DNA of 62,949 nt, the filler included, from Octopus bimaculoides (taxonomy: Eukaryota), in the NCBI RefSeq assembly GCF_001194135.2. It is 8 parts of 8 records of this genome, joined end to end, with 100 filler letters (N's around TTAATTAATTAA, not from the genome) between each part and the next. Parts side by side here need not be neighbours in the genome. Positions count along the whole stretch, not along the records: positions 61,573 to 62,949 come from NC_068981.1; 7 more parts are not named here. One strand, given 5' to 3'. The notes beneath the pieces were generated by a model. The model was given only the letters and a program-made list of their open reading frames with translations, did no database searches and was not told the DNA's origin. Shown in pieces: positions 62,607-62,949 of the stretch (the first letter of the stretch is position 1; the number at the start of each line of letters is the position of its first letter). A program made the translations under genes and the position numbers.

Positions 62607-62949
62607 GATTGCGCTGGTATGGTCATGTAGCGAGAATGGATGAGGATAACTGTGTGAAAAAGTGCCACACCCTAGCAGTTGAGGGAACCTGTGGAAGAGG
62701 TAGGCCCAGGAAGACCTGGGATGAGGTGGTGAGGCACGACCTTCGAACATTGGGCCTCACCGAGGCGATGACTTCTGACCGAGACCTTTGGAAATATGCT
62801 GTGCATGAGAAGACCCGGCAAGCCAAGTGAGACCTAAATCTAAGGCCTCAACCAGTCCACTTATGCGTGCCTTCCTTCATTGGACACTAAACTCCACTTG
62901 CGAAGACCTGTTGAGGCAAGTGAAATCAAAATTGAGTTAAATTGGACAT
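62607..62949 (+). mobile_element. RTE-clade LINE 3' end
   Basis: RWYGHVARMDEDNCVKKCHTLAVEGTCGRGRPRKTWDEVVRHDL...DRDLWK*, then 3' UTR. Confidence 0.9.

Overview
AT-rich, repeat-dense animal genomic DNA from a gapped draft scaffold. The SINE, LINE and microsatellite landscape is what I associate with octopus/coleoid cephalopod genomes (inference). One protein-coding gene is well supported: a minus-strand, intron-poor acyl-CoA synthetase/adenylate-forming enzyme (ACSF2-like, 546 aa; coding exons 22937-22792 and 20312-18818). Two of its normally conserved ANL motifs are altered. The rest is mostly tRNA-derived SINEs (at least four families), R4/Dong, RTE, L1-Tx1 and Penelope retroelement fragments, mariner/Tc1, Chapaev-like and MITE remnants, a tRNA-Asp pseudogene, microsatellites and N gaps. 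The most striking unannotated signal is a dispersed set of type I hammerhead ribozyme motifs: six with intact catalytic cores and about five decayed. Two have long inserted stem II hairpins, and one is overlapped by an 18-bp inverted repeat that could lock it off. Also notable: a CRE-cluster/CCAAT/TATA promoter at 1.3-1.4 kb, a ~560-bp (TAA)n-flanked tandem-forming non-coding element, a 68-bp hairpin tandem array grown from a SINE head, a CpG-decayed domain at ~26-41 kb, and an orphan coding-like island at 43-45.5 kb bracketed by hammerhead-bearing repeats. All calls are by eye; no searches or folding were run.
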